NCBI GenBank assembly: GCA_964016885.1
Contig: OZ024741.1
Span: 58,466,001-58,530,000 of the forward strand
Direction of reading: 5' to 3'
Source: Eledone cirrhosa
Taxonomy: Eukaryota
Length of the DNA: 64,000 nt
Made by a program: the position numbers and the translations under genes. Shown in pieces: positions 51,381-64,000 of the stretch. The number at the start of each line of letters is the position of its first letter. Within the stretch, counting starts at the first letter, position 1. Below the pieces are notes generated by a model. The model saw only the letters and a program-made list of their open reading frames with translations, had not been told where the DNA came from and searched no databases.

Positions 51381-52420
51381 ATCATCATCATCATCACCGT
51401 GTTACGTCCGTTCTTCCACGCTAGTATGGGTTAGACGGGTTGTCCTGTTGTGGGCAGTGTCCGGTCGGCTGACCATGCCTTGCTCATACGGGAACTGATT
51501 CTGGCTTGATTTCTACAGCTGGATGCCCTTCCTAACACCAACCTCATTTACAGTGAGGGCTGGATGCTTTTTTCCGTGGTGCCTACATGTCCACTTTACA
51601 GTGTTGGCTGGGTGTTTTTTTGCCATGGCACCTCCACGATCACTTTGCAGTGGGAGGGTGTGGCGGCATATTGTCTATATGCTTCAGCTTCGGCTTGTAC
51701 CCATGGGGGGTCGGGTATTCTGTATTACTGTGTCACGCCAGAGGTCACGGTCATATGTCATCACCTTTGAGAGGTGTAACTGGGTAAGGTCAGCTTTTAT
51801 CACCTCATCCCAGGTCTTCTTGGGTCTCCCCACTCCGTCGTTTCCATCGACTTCTAGTGCTCTGCACCTTTTTATGTAGCTGTGATCCTTCATACGCATC
51901 ACATGTCCATACCAACTCAACCGCATCTCCTGCACATAGCATTTGATTCCTCTTATGCTCAGTCTCTCTCTCAATTCATTTATGCTTTGCCGTTCGCGTA
52001 TATTACTATTACACATCCATTGGAGAATGCTGGCTTCGTTTCTTTCTAATCTATGCAAGTCTTCTACAGACAGCACCCAGGTCTCACTACCATGTAACAT
52101 TGCTGTTCATATACACACATCATATAGTCTGCCTTTCATTTTGAGGGAAAAGCCTTTTACAGTTAGCAGTGGCAGTAGCTCCCTGAGCTTCTTCCATCCC
52201 ATTCTTACCCTAGTTATTGTACTTTCCGAACACCCACCACCTCCGCTGCTAATTCAGTCACCTAGGTAGCAGAAGCTGTCTACTGTTTCTACAGAGCCCT
52301 CTCAGAGTTTGATGGTACTTGTTTCCTGTGGCTGTTTGCTATCCCAGCACAGCTGCTACATGTGAAGCCTACATTCTTAGTTAAGCTTCCTGAGATCCCA
52401 CTACATCTCTTATGTACCCA
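51381..52420 (-). mobile_element. RTE family B, 5'-truncated inside the PHD region
   Basis: Colinear with 25789-26825. Contains frameshifts. Confidence 0.92.
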
Positions 52421-52421
52421 T

Positions 52422-52482
52422 ATCATCATCATCATCATCACCGTTTTACGTCCGTTCTTCCATGCTAGCATGGGTTAGACGG
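52422..52482 (-). mobile_element. Tail-only RTE family B segment
   Basis: CCGTCTAACCCATGCTAGCATGGAAGAACGGACGTAAAACGG plus (TGA)n. Confidence 0.85.
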
Positions 52483-52486
52483 TAAT

Positions 52487-53320
52487 ATCATCATCATCAT
52501 CATCATCAACGTTTAACGTCCGTGTTCCACGCTTGCATGGGTTTGGACGGGGGTTTTCCCACTTGAGGCAAGAGTGATTGTCTTGCTCGCATAGGACTGT
52601 CTGGCAGGTTTCCTACAGCTGGATGCCCTTCCTAACACCAACCACATTTACAGTGTGGGGCTGGGAGGTTTTTACCGTGTTGCCTACACGGCCACATTAC
52701 AGCGTGGACTGTGTTTTTTTTGTCGTGACACCTACACGATCTCATTTGTTTCGGCCTGGATGTTGTGGCACCAACATAACTTTACATTGAAAGGGGCGGT
52801 GTAGATGGGGTGGGGGTGGTGAGACGGGGGTGTATTTTGTTAGAGATGCCTACTGACTGTAGTAGGTTTTACTTTGTATTTAGGTAAGGCGGGTCTTCTC
52901 TATTACTGAGTATCGCCAAAGGTCTCGGTCCAGTGACATTGTCTTGGAGAGGTGTAAGTGTGTGAGGTCGGAATTTATCAGCTCGTCCCAGGTTTTTCTG
53001 GGTCTGCCTACTCCGTAGCTACCGTCTATCTTTATTGCCCTGCACTTTGTTATACAGCTGTCGTCTTTCATGCGCATCACGTGACCATACCAACGTAGCC
53101 TTCTCTCGAGTAAACAACATCTGATCCCTCTTATTTCTAATTTTTTCCTTAGTTCGCTTACGCTTTGCCGTTCACGTATGTTACTATTACACATCCAGCG
53201 GAGCATGCAAGCTTCGTTCCTCTCTAGTCTGCGTATATCCTCTGCACACAATGCCCAGGTCTCACTGCCATGCAACATTGCTGTTCGTATGCAGGCATCA
53301 TACAACCTGCCTTTCATTTT
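52487..53320 (-). mobile_element. RTE family A, 5'-truncated
   Basis: [18 protein letters not shown], 3' UTR and tail. Confidence 0.95.
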
Positions 53321-54193
53321 ATTTATTTTTTATTTTTTTTATATATATATATATATATATATATTGGTATTTAACTCTCAATGGCCTCTACCACACAAAA
53401 CTGTATCAGCATTAAACAGTATTCTTTATTCTAAACTACATGAACCCATATTGGCAAGACATTCTTAAAAAGTACAAAAGAGCACTGACTGCATCACATT
53501 AAATATTAAAGTCTTTTCTCTAATATTGTAAATTTTCACAACATTCTATCTACTAGTAAAGAAACTATTAACAATTGAATTAGCCAACTCGTTTTAAGAT
53601 ATTTTCTGTCAAATCATTACAGTAAGCTAAGAGTTAAAAACAGGTGAATGCCATGGAAAATTAGATTTAATTTACTTGGTTTTCTAATCTGTTTCGCTAA
53701 CATTTTGTTTAGTACAGAAGTTGTGTTATTAACTGCAAAATTCTGTAATGATATAACATGTTTATGTAGGTTTGCATGTATCCATTTAGATATTATTGGA
53801 ATTTAATAATGTTTAAAAACATCAATGATCAATGTATGTGAGTGTATTTTAAGTTAGATTAAACATTGTTGGACTTGGAATTCTATCTTTGTGCATATAG
53901 TGTAAAACTGAAATGGCAGTATTTATACTATAAGCTGGTTGTATCCTATTTCATGTTTCTCTTATTCTCCTTCATGTGTAGATAATTTTGTCACCTGAGA
54001 TATAAAACAGCAACAATAATTTGCTCTGAACTTTGTGAAACAGGTTTTTATAGCAATAGCCATACTATCATGAAATGGAGTTTCTGCTTTACATATACAA
54101 ATAACTTTATTATAGTATTTTTCATGTGTATATGGGAAGGAAAATGTCTCATTCAACATTTAGTTAGAATTGTATATATGTGAAACAGTTCTT

Positions 54194-54435
54194 TTAACCC
54201 TTTTGATTCCAAACCATCTGTAACTGCTCTTGGTTCTATGAAATAAAGCTTTTTATTTTTTATATTTATCTAAAAAGTTCCCTTCATAATTTCATGTTAG
54301 AACATTTGCTATGTCCTAAACATCTGATATATATGAAAAAAAGTTAGTGATATCATAAAATCCGTTCAAATTCTTGATTATTTCCAAAATAATTTCAAAA
54401 TTATATGCATAGAAATATGTTGACAAAAGGGTTAA
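54194..54435 (+). mobile_element. piggyBac-like MITE, family A
   Basis: TTAACCCTTTTG ... CAAAAGGGTTAA perfect termini. Confidence 0.8.
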
Positions 54436-54454
54436 AGCATTCATATCTATAATT

Positions 54455-54604
54455 TCAGCAAAGAGTTACGGCCCTTTATGGTCTGAGTTCAAATCCCGCC
54501 AAGGTTAACTTTGCCTTTCATCCTTACGGGGGGTCGATAAAATAAAGTACCAGTAATACACTGGGATAATTGCTGGCCTTGTACCAAAAGTAGAAACAAT
54601 TATA
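54455..54604 (+). mobile_element. tRNA-derived SINE (GCCTTTCATCC family), 5'-truncated
   Basis: Closely matches 7131-7270. Confidence 0.75.
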
Positions 54605-54611
54605 ATTTTAT

Positions 54612-55395
54612 GTAAGGAACTGACATAAATTCTATAAAATGTACACAATGCAGATATTGGGTACACAAGAGATGTAATGGCATAGCAGGCAAACTAACAG
54701 GTAGATGTACAGGGAAATTTGACTCTAGAAGTCGCATTGATGGACACATTTTTCAAATGCAGGTGAGTGCTATAGAAGTGGTTGATAGCTTCCGGTACCT
54801 AGGTGATCAGATTAGCATGGGGTGTTCTGAGACCATAGTATCTAGAATAAGGACGAGTTGGAAGAAGTTTAGGGAGTTGCTTCCTCTGCTGACGAAGAAG
54901 GGTTTCTCCCTGCGTACAAAAGGCCAGTTATATGATGCCTGTGTGAGGTGCGCGATGCTGCATGGTAGTGAGACATGGGCAACAACTGCACAGGATATGC
55001 GACGGCCGGAGAGAAATGAGGCAAGCATGCTCCGTTGGATGTGTAATGTCAATGTGCGTGAACGGCTGAGCATGGATGTGTTGAGAGAGAAACTGTGTCT
55101 GAGAGGAATAAATTGTTGTGTGCAGGAGAGGAGACTGCGATGGTATGGACATGTGATGTGCATGGAGGATGACCGATGGGTGAAGAAGTGCCAAGAAATG
55201 CCAGTTGAAGGAAGACGTGGTAGAGGTAGACCACGAAAAACATGGGCGGAGGTGGTGAGAGCACACCTCAGATCGTTGAAGCTCACGGTGGAGATGACAA
55301 AGGACCGTGACAAGTGGAGAGATGCTGTGCTGAATAGGACCTGTCCCACCCTTGCAAGCAGGGAAAAGAGGACGTAAAATGATGATGATGATGAT
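54612..55395 (+). mobile_element. RTE family C, 5'-truncated
   Basis: ORF 54757-55377 ends TLASREKRT* just before (GAT)n. Homologous to 37608-38420. Confidence 0.92.
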
Positions 55396-55899
55396 TTGTT
55401 AAAACATCAGATAAATAATGCAAAAATGATATGAAATCCCTCCAATTATTTGAAAATCATAAACAATGTATTTATTAGAAATACAGTAATGGAAAGGTTA
55501 AACATGCTCTCTTGATAATTTGACTAAATGTAGCTTCCAAATTTCATGCAGTTTTTTTCTAAAAACCAGTTGGCTCCTTATATCAATTTCTCTTGGATGG
55601 TTCATGGAATGCATATTTTCTTTCATTCATTTGACTCTTCACTTTAGATATTTCTGCTGTTCTGTTTGATTGGACATTGAGTGTGGCTGTAGATTTTTGA
55701 GGAGTTTTGTTGTCGATATAATCATGATTATTTTTACATCTATTTTTCTAGGCTTTCATAGGTTAGATGAATTTTCTCCAGCAAATCACCCCCCCCCCCC
55801 CACTTGTTTATTTCCTGTATCTCCTTTGTGAGATACAGCAAGCATTTTTAGGCCATTTTCCCTATTAAAGCAGGGGTTAGCATTGTGGACACCATGACA

Positions 55900-56170
55900 A
55901 ACTTCTCTACTTTGCCCTATCATCTGCATCCCCCCTCACCACCACTCTGGCTTTCATTTCTTCCTCCATCTTCCCCAACCACGTTCTTCTTGGTCTTCCT
56001 CTTTCCTCTACTTTCTCACACAGTCAGTTTCATAGCTCCTCTCATGAGGTCACTTTCATCCTTCTCCAACACGACACAACCACCGCGTTCCATTTTCACA
56101 TTTACTACTAACTCTATTCATATCTGCAATTAAATGTCTTCCTCTCTCTGAGTTATACTCCATACATCTA
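55900..56170 (-). mobile_element. Ancient RTE C-terminal remnant
   Basis: Minus strand reads RGRPRRTW, with an upstream VLEKDESDLMRGAM-like segment. Confidence 0.5.
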
Positions 56171-56340
56171 CTAGACCATTCTCATCTATATGTCATATAA
56201 ATACATTGGTTTACTTCAGTTCTCAATATACTGACATATAAGGAAGACATTGCTATAACTCACCAATTTGAGAACTTATTACTATAACATCTATATCCAT
56301 GATATAAAGATATTGACCATCAGAAATTACATTTTGACTA

Positions 56341-56937
56341 AAAGCATAAATGAATTGAGAGAGAGACTGAGCATAAGAGGAATCAAATGCTGTGTGCAGG
56401 AGAGGCAGTTGCGTTGGTATGGACATGTGATGCATATGAAGGATGACAGCTGCATAAAAAGGTGCAGAGCACTAGAAATCAATGGAAACCGCGGAGTGGG
56501 GAGACCAAAGAAGACCTGGGATGAGGTGATAAAAGCCGACCTTACCCAATTACACCTCTCAAAGGCGGTGACACACGACCGTGACCTCTGGCATCATGCA
56601 GTAATACAGAGTACCCAACCTCCCATGGGTACAAGCTGAAGCATATAGACACTATGCCCCCACACCCTCCCACTGCAAGGTGGTCGTGGAGGTGCTACAG
56701 CAAAAAAGCACCCAGCCCACACTGTAAAGTGGACGTGTAGGTGCCACGGAAAAAAGCACCCAGCACTCACTGTAAATGAGGTTGGTGTTAGGAAGGGCAT
56801 CCAGCTGTAGAAATCGAGCCAAAATCAGTTCCTGTATGAGCAAGGCATGGTCAGCCGACCAGACACTGCCCACAACAGGACACCCGTCTAACCCATGCTA
56901 GCATGGAAGAACGGACGTAAAACGGTGATGATGATGA
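56341..56937 (+). mobile_element. RTE family B, 3' 0.6 kb
   Basis: SINELRERLSIRG..TQPPMGTS, 3' UTR and tail. Confidence 0.93.
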
Positions 56938-57069
56938 CTAAGAGAGGAATTATGCTGCATCTGAGTTATGTTTTATTTTCTCAAACTACCATTCAATTGG
57001 GAAACAGCTTGATTTATATGGAAAAGCAAATATGAAAATAAGGTGATTATGATATATATATATATATAG

Positions 57070-57491
57070 ATGTAAGTATGCATGTATACGTACATACATA
57101 TATGTATACAGACGTACAATATGCAAATTAGGCTGCTCAGCCGTTAATTTTCATAAGGAAAGTATATACTTTCGAACGTTCAACTATCTGGCAGATGGGT
57201 AAACGGTGCTGATGATAGCTAACAAGCTTGAAACTAGTACATCGTTCCTGTGTCAGTGTTGAACAAAAAGGTGATGTGGTTGCCTTAACACCGTATGGCA
57301 TAAATTCAGGCTGTTCAGTTTGTTTACAAACGAACAAAGCGACGTTAGCGCCGCTAAACTGATACGTGCATATATGTATGTGTACCTGTATGCATATGTA
57401 TGTATATATGTATATATATATATATATATATGTGCATGCTACTGTACGTCTGTATACATATATGTATGTACGTATACATGCATACTTACAT
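57070..57491. mobile_element. 422-bp unit bounded by perfect 49-bp inverted repeats, probably Penelope pLTR-derived
   Basis: 57070-57118 is the exact reverse complement of 57443-57491. Contains a hammerhead motif. Confidence 0.65.
57202..57246 (+). ncRNA. Minimal type I hammerhead ribozyme (PLE-type)
   Basis: Stem I AACGGTG/CATCGTT; core CTGATGA; stem II AGCT-AACA-AGCT closed by a U.U; GAAA; palindromic ACTAGT stem III; GUA cleavage triplet ending at 57239. Confidence 0.8.
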
Positions 57492-57584
57492 TTAAGTAAG
57501 TGCCATACTAAGAGTGAGAAATGAAATTTCGTTTTCATTTTGTTTCAATTTATATATATAGACATATATATATATATATATTAT

Positions 57585-60255
57585 ATCATCATCACAGTTT
57601 TACGTCCGTTCTTCCACGCTAGCATGGGTTAGACGGGTTGTCCTGTTGTGGGCAGTAGCCGGTTGGCTGACCATGCCTTGCTCATATGGGAACTGATTCT
57701 GGCTTGATTTCTACAGCTGGATGCTCTTCCTAACACCAACCTCATTTACAGTGAGTGCTGGGTGCTTTTTTTCTGTCGCACCTACACGTCCACTTTACAG
57801 TGTGGGCTGGGTGCCGTTTTGCCGTGGCACCTCCACGATCAGTTTGCAGTGGTAGGGTGTTGGGGCATATTGTCTATATGCTTCAGCTTCGGCTTATACC
57901 CGTGGGGGGTTGGGTCTTCTGTATTATTGTGTGACGCCAGAGGTCACGGTCGTGTGTCATTGCCTTTGAGAGGTGTAATTGTGTAAAGTCGGCTTTTATC
58001 ACCTCATCCCAGGTATTCTTGGGTCTCTGCACTCCACGGCTTCCATTGACTTCTAGTCCTCTGCACCCTTTTATGCAGCTGTCATCCTTCATACGCATCA
58101 CCTGCACACAGCATTTTATTCCTCTTATGCTCAGTCTCTCTCTCAATTCGTTTATGCTTTGTCATTCGCACATATTACTATTACTCATCCATCAGAGCAT
58201 GCTGGCTTCATTTCTTTCTAATCTATGCAAGTCTTCTACAGACAGCACCCAAGTATCACTACCATGTAACATTGCTGTGCATATACACACATCATACAGT
58301 CTGCCTTTCATTTTGAGGGAAAAGCCTTTTGCAGTTAGCAGTGGCAGTAGCTCCCTGAACTTCTTCCATCCCGTTCTTACCCTAGTTATTGTACTTTCCG
58401 AATACCCACCTCCGCTGCTAATTCAGTCACCTAGGTAGCAGAAGCTGTCTACTGTTTCTACAGAGCCCTCCCAGAGTTTGGTGGTACTTGTTTCCTCTGG
58501 CTGTTTGCTGCTTGCTGTCCCAGCATAGCTGCTACATGTGAAGCCTACTTTCTTAGTTAAGCTTCCTGAGATCCCGTTACATCTCTTGTGTACCCATTGT
58601 TTGCATTTGGGGCAGAGGATGGAGTTCCTACATACTGAGCAAGGCCATTTCCCTGAGAGGATCTGGGTTCTGTTTTCTCGTCTACTTACAAGGACCTTAG
58701 TCTTTGTCAGGTTGACTTTGAGACCCTTTCTTTCTAGTCCCTGCTTCCATGTTTGGAATTTCTTCTCTAGTTCTACCATAGATTCAGCTATAAGTGTGTG
58801 GTCATCTGCATACAGGAGTTCCCATGGGCATCCGCTCTTAAATTCCTCCGTTATTACCTGCAAGACTATGATGAACAGGAGAGGGCCAAGAACAGAGCCC
58901 TGGTGGACACCGACCTGTATGCTAAATTCCTCGCTATAGTCATTGCTAATCCTAACTTTGCTGACTGCTCCCCTATACATGGCTTGTACAGCTTTCACAA
59001 CCCATTCATCTACTCCTAGTTTTCTAAGAGCCCACCAGATTATAGCACGGGGAACTCTGTCAAAGACTTTCTCCAGACTGACGAATGCCAGGTAGAGTGG
59101 CTTAATTTTAGCTAGGTACTTTTCCTGTAACTGCCTCACAAGGAAGAGGACATCAGTGGTGCCTTTTCCTGGCACAAACCCAAATTGCATCTCATCTAGT
59201 TTCACCCAGTCCCTAATCAACTGTGGTATAGCTCTTTCTGTTACTTTCATGACCTGGTCCATCAGCTTTATACCTCTATTGTTTCCTCTATCTAGTGCAT
59301 CACCTTTACCCTTGTAGCAGTTGACAATGATGCTGCTGCACCAATCCTTTGGTATGACACCTTCTAGTATTACCTGGTTAATACGTGTGGTTATGGTATG
59401 AGCTACTGACCCAGATGCCTTCAGCATCTCGGCAGCTATACCCAATAGACTGGTTGCCTTCCCCGTCTTCATATCTTTGATTGCTTTACTTATTACGCTT
59501 CTGCTGACTTGTACTGCTGGCCCCTCTATAGGGTCTACTTGGGTAGGGTCTCTTTTTTCCCATGCATTCTCCTCATTTAGTAATCTTTCATAATAGCTCT
59601 TCCATGCATCTTTCTTCTCAGCACTTGTGAGGGCAAGCTCACCTTTATCATTCCGGATACACTTCTCTCCAATGACATCACAATTCTCTCTGACACACTG
59701 CCTGACAATCTTGAACACCTCCTGTTCTGGTCCTCACGTTGCAAGACATGCTTGAATTTTCTATCCTCCGCTTTCTTCCTAGCTAAGTATACTTGTCGCC
59801 TAGCTTCCCTCCTGGTCTCTATGTAACGTACCCTGCTTCCCCCGTTCTTCCATTCTTTCCATGCCTGTCTCTTAGCCTTAACTGCCTTATCTACCTTATT
59901 GTTCCACCACCAAGTCACTCTCCATCTGCCTGTGGTCTTACTCCAACCACAGATCTCATCTGTCGTTTTTAGTAAGTTATTTTTTAGGAACTCCCAGTGC
60001 TCTTCTACATTGAATATCTCTATCTGTTCTTCTTTACTATCATAGGCGTCGAGTAAAATATCTTTAAATCTGTTGCTGGCTGAGGGGTCTTTCAGCTTCC
60101 AGATCTTTCTTCTCCAGGCTGCCTTCTGTTTCCAAGTTCGTCTAGTTCTGACCGTGAGGTCGCTGACAACTAAGTTATGTTGGAAGGTACATTCCTCACT
60201 AGGGAAGGCTTTTCTGTTTACGACCGTCCATCTGTCACGTCCTCTGATGAGGATA

Positions 60256-60259
<4 letters not shown>
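57585..60259 (-). mobile_element. RTE family B, 2.7 kb, truncated at the end of the EN domain, decayed
   Basis: Colinear with 25789-28505, with frameshifts, deletions and stops (ORF pieces 58423-59718 and 59577-60259). Confidence 0.93.
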
Positions 60260-60332
<73 letters not shown>

Positions 60333-62305
60333 CATATATCTTATGAGAAAAACACAGTATTTTCTACACACACAAAAAGCACATATATTCATGAAGAATA
60401 TGTACTTGGCCCTGCCTCTCTCTCTATATATAGATTATCTATAAATTTGAATTATTGATGCTCTGGACAAACATCCATTGAGCTTTTCTAATGAGAAGCA
60501 CAAATATCATACATACTATATATGTTATGATACCTTAAATGTGTGTGTGTGTATGTATGAGGGGATGTGCGTGTGTATAGTGAACCCTAATCCTATATAA
60601 TCATAAATACCAGAGCTTTAGTAGTATAGTGAATTAATATATTTCATATATTTAGTGCTATGCTATGTTTTGACTATGCAGTGAAAAATGGTCAAATATA
60701 TTAAAAAAAATTAAAAAGCAGTATTACTGAAGTAGCCACTCCAAAGTTCTTTGACTCTATTTCTCTTTCTCTGCCACTCTGTTTAGTATGTACACTCTCC
60801 CTTCAACCCATATGGTAATTCTCTCTCTCTTTATGTTGTCCAAGCTGGACCAACCAACATATAATATATTAGAGATAATCACAAAATGGTTAACATTGAG
60901 ACAATGTAAGTGGCTCTTTAACTGCATATATATAGATAATAGAAGTGACACTTATGTGATATGGTATGTTTGTTTTTCTATGCATATCTAATCTATTAGA
61001 TATACATATATTCTTTTATTGGTTTTAGTCATTTGAATGCAGCCTTACTGGGGCTCCACTGTTGTATAGTTGATCATATTAACTCAGGTACTTATGTTTC
61101 GAGTCTGGTTCTTATTACTGATACCTTTTTTTGTGAAACCACTAAATTATGAGACATAATCTCAAAACAAAAATGTAAACATAGATATGGATGAAGACAC
61201 ACACGCATGCACGCACACACACACACACACACATATCATCATCAAGGTGGGCATTAAATAATGTTGTTACTCAGAAACTACAAAGATACACAGTAAATAT
61301 TTATCAATGGGAAGCCACCATACATCTATCTTTTCCAATTCTTTCCTTTGTCCCATGTTTAAATTTTGGATATTATATATATACATAATATGATGGCTGA
61401 CTGCAGTGCTCATCTACCAAATTCCACTCACAAGGCGTTGGTCACTTGGAGGTTACAGTAAAATATATTTGCCTGGGTTTCCACAATGAATACATGAAAA
61501 TCTAATCTATTAGATATACATACATGTATACATATATATCTCAACTATTGGCAACAGTCTTTAAATGGTTTACTTTGTCCCAAGATTGACAGAAATCTAA
61601 TAACACTCAAGAAGCATTTTAAGGCCATCTTCCCTGTTTATGTCAGAGTGCGGCCCAATGACAAACTTCACCAATTTCCTCCATGTGTATCCTGTTTGAA
61701 ATAGGTACACCATATCTCCGCATGTTATAAGAGACAATTAAATAAAGTTAGCGCCAGGAAGTGTCTAACTGAAATGCAAAACCTCAAAAAGGACCTCATG
61801 ATCTGTTTAATACTTGTAATAAACATTTGCTATATAAATCCAAATGCCAGATGAGTAATTTGACTTTTCAGTGTAGAAGATACTTGCCTGTGATGCTGTG
61901 CAGTAGGATATAACCTGTGACGAGCCTTCTGCATGCCAGTGTTTATATTTAAAAACCTTACATCATAATTTGACATTTACCCCTCCCCAAAAAAATAAAA
62001 ATAAATAAAATCCAATATTTTCTATAAGAAACTTTGATCCAAACACCAGCTTATATATTCTTGATTATTTACAAAAAATATTTGAAAACCATAGGCAATG
62101 TAATATTCAGAAAACAGTCCACCACAACATGCTTTGCTCCAAATATTTTTCAAATTTCTGTTTCAGGATATTATCTCTTAAACCTTATCTCTTCTCTCAT
62201 TATATACCATTTGATAGAGAGAGCTATGGTAGAGGGTGACAGGAAGTACTCCCACCCCCATTACAAGTCAGCTGTGACTACCCTCATATCTTACAAACTG
62301 CACAG

Positions 62306-62660
62306 TTAACCAATTTGATAACAAACCACCTGAAACCCAGCCATTCTATGATTCAAAATGCTTTTTAAATGTTTAAATTCATCTAAAATCCTTCCATCAT
62401 AATTTTATATAAGAAGCTTTAATCCTTTAATGTTCAAACCGACCAAAACCGGCCAGAATTCTCTACCTTTTTCTGTTGAAACTGGCTGTAACTGGTCACT
62501 CAAACTGATGTTAAGGTATTGTTCTCAAAATAAATACTTTCAAAATCTCATAGATTCGATATTATGTGAGATAAAGCATTTACCATGAAAATATAATAGT
62601 ATATATAGAGTAATGTGAATGCTAAAGGGTTAAGTTATTCCAAACACCACTCAATATACC
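62306..62660 (+). mobile_element. piggyBac-like MITE family A (partial) hosting a family B MITE
   Basis: TTAACCAATTTGATAACAAACCACCTGAAAC left end. Sequence resumes after 62633 as in the uninterrupted copy at 62701. Confidence 0.65.
62419..62633 (-). mobile_element. piggyBac-like MITE, family B
   Basis: TTAATCCTTTAATGTT ... GAATGCTAAAGGGTTAA. Reverse of the 6129 and 50094 copies. Confidence 0.8.
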
Positions 62661-62700
62661 AATGTATATATTTGTCTTTTGTTATGTACCAAATACCATC

Positions 62701-62946
62701 TTAACTCTTTTGATAACAAACCACCTGAAACTACCCCTGGTTCTATGACACAAAACTGTTTATTATAAAGTCTAAACAACTTCCATCATAATTTTAAGAA
62801 CTTTTAAGTTATGCTTAAACACCAACTTGAATGAGAAAGTATGTTATATTAGTAAATTACTTCAAGTCCTTAATAATTGTCAAAATTATTTGAAAATCAT
62901 TGACAGTGCCTTTCTTACATTAGAATCATGGTAACATAAAGGTTAA
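62701..62946 (+). mobile_element. piggyBac-like MITE, family A
   Basis: TTAACTCTTTTGATAACAAACC ... AAAGGTTAA. Confidence 0.75.
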
Positions 62947-63104
62947 ATATTTTTTGACTTTCTGCAAAAACCATCATCACTATCATTGCCATCACTACCA
63001 GCATTATCGTCATTATCTAGATTATCACTATAATCTGAATGTAAAAATACAATAGCTGTGAATATATGATTTTTTAAGGCTTCATATATATATGTATATA
63101 TATA

Positions 63105-63126
63105 CGCATGCACACGCGCACGCACA

Positions 63127-63174
<48 letters not shown>

Positions 63175-63190
63175 CACACGCACACGCACC
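63105..63190. repeat. (GCAC)n microsatellite
   Basis: Direct reading. Confidence 0.9.
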
Positions 63191-63414
63191 ATTTTGACAT
63201 GTGATATGTTTTCTAGAAGCAGATAATTATTAAAGCATTATTGCTCTATATAAACATTTTGGAATTTGATAATTATTGTTTAAGAATTTTTAACTAATTA
63301 CAAAGAAAAATTCAATTCTTTTGTGTTTAAGAGGTCCTTCATTACATATGTAACAACATATCAACTGATAAGACAGCATCCATTTTACCAATTTGCTATT
63401 TCAAAATATACTTT

Positions 63415-63630
63415 TCATGGCTGTGTGGTTAAAGAGTTAGCTTCACAACCACATGGTTCTGCTGTATGGCACTTTGGGCAAGAGTCGTCTACTATAGTCT
63501 TAGACTAACAAATGCCATGTGAGTGAAATTTGGTTGAAAGCACTTTCAATAATGCACCTTGTTTGGGTTTGTGCCTTAGAAAATAACTTTTTAGGTGCAA
63601 ACCCATGGTCAGTCATAACCAAAGGGAGCT
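63415..63630 (+). mobile_element. OK-like tRNA SINE
   Basis: CATGGCTGTGTGGTTAAAGAG..CAACCACATGGTTC..TTGGGCAAGAGTCGTCTACTATAG..GTGAGTGAAATTTGG. Confidence 0.65.
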
Positions 63631-63777
63631 TTAAATGCTGGCATAGACTTCTTGTGACTGAATGGGAACCCTCCATTTTTGAAAATAAGGTAATTCATTC
63701 AATGTTTTAGTTAGGAACATAATGCTATGAATATTGTTGATATAATGATTTCAAACAAGAGCTAATTAAATAAGTGT

Positions 63778-63930
63778 AAGTGTGGTTGTAGGGTTAAATA
63801 GTTCACTTTTCAGCCACATAGTTTTAGGTTCACTCATACAGCATGGTACCTTAGACAAGTGTTTTTATAGCCTCTGGGTGACCAATGCTTTATGAATGAA
63901 ATTTGGTAGAAGGAAACAACAGAAACTCAT
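63778..63930 (+). mobile_element. OK-like tRNA SINE, degenerate
   Basis: GTGTGGTTGTAGGGTTAA..GGTACCTTAGACAAGTG..GACCAATGCTTTATGAATGAAATTTGGTAGAAGGAAAC. Confidence 0.6.
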
Positions 63931-64000
63931 TGTATATTTTTTGTGTGTTGTAACTTATTGGTTTGACAAAAAAGGTATCGATAAAATATCAGACTTAAAA

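Overview
Eukaryotic, AT-rich, repeat-dominated DNA with no convincing host exon. The SINE, RTE and MITE repertoire resembles an octopod cephalopod (inference from family resemblance, not a database hit). The core (about 12.7-41.5 kb) is a cluster of non-LTR retroelements embedded in kilobase-long (TA)n/TATG microsatellites. It holds one full-length RTE LINE with an intact 1039-aa EN-RT ORF, many 5'-truncated RTE copies from three families (called A, B, C here), a CR1-type LINE whose ORF2 carries one nonsense codon, and Penelope-like remnants. The flanks carry tRNA-derived SINEs, TTAA-specific piggyBac-like MITEs (two nested pairs), a Helitron remnant and a 117 x 25-bp minisatellite built from a SINE A-box. 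The most notable signals are: an intact-looking minimal hammerhead ribozyme inside a 49-bp inverted-repeat unit (57.1-57.5 kb); a PHD-type finger inside the RTE reverse transcriptase; apparent (TA)n targeting by several retroelement clades; a candidate -1 frameshift between CR1 ORF1 and ORF2; and a 370-bp near-perfect hairpin. Boundaries of degenerate repeats are approximate.
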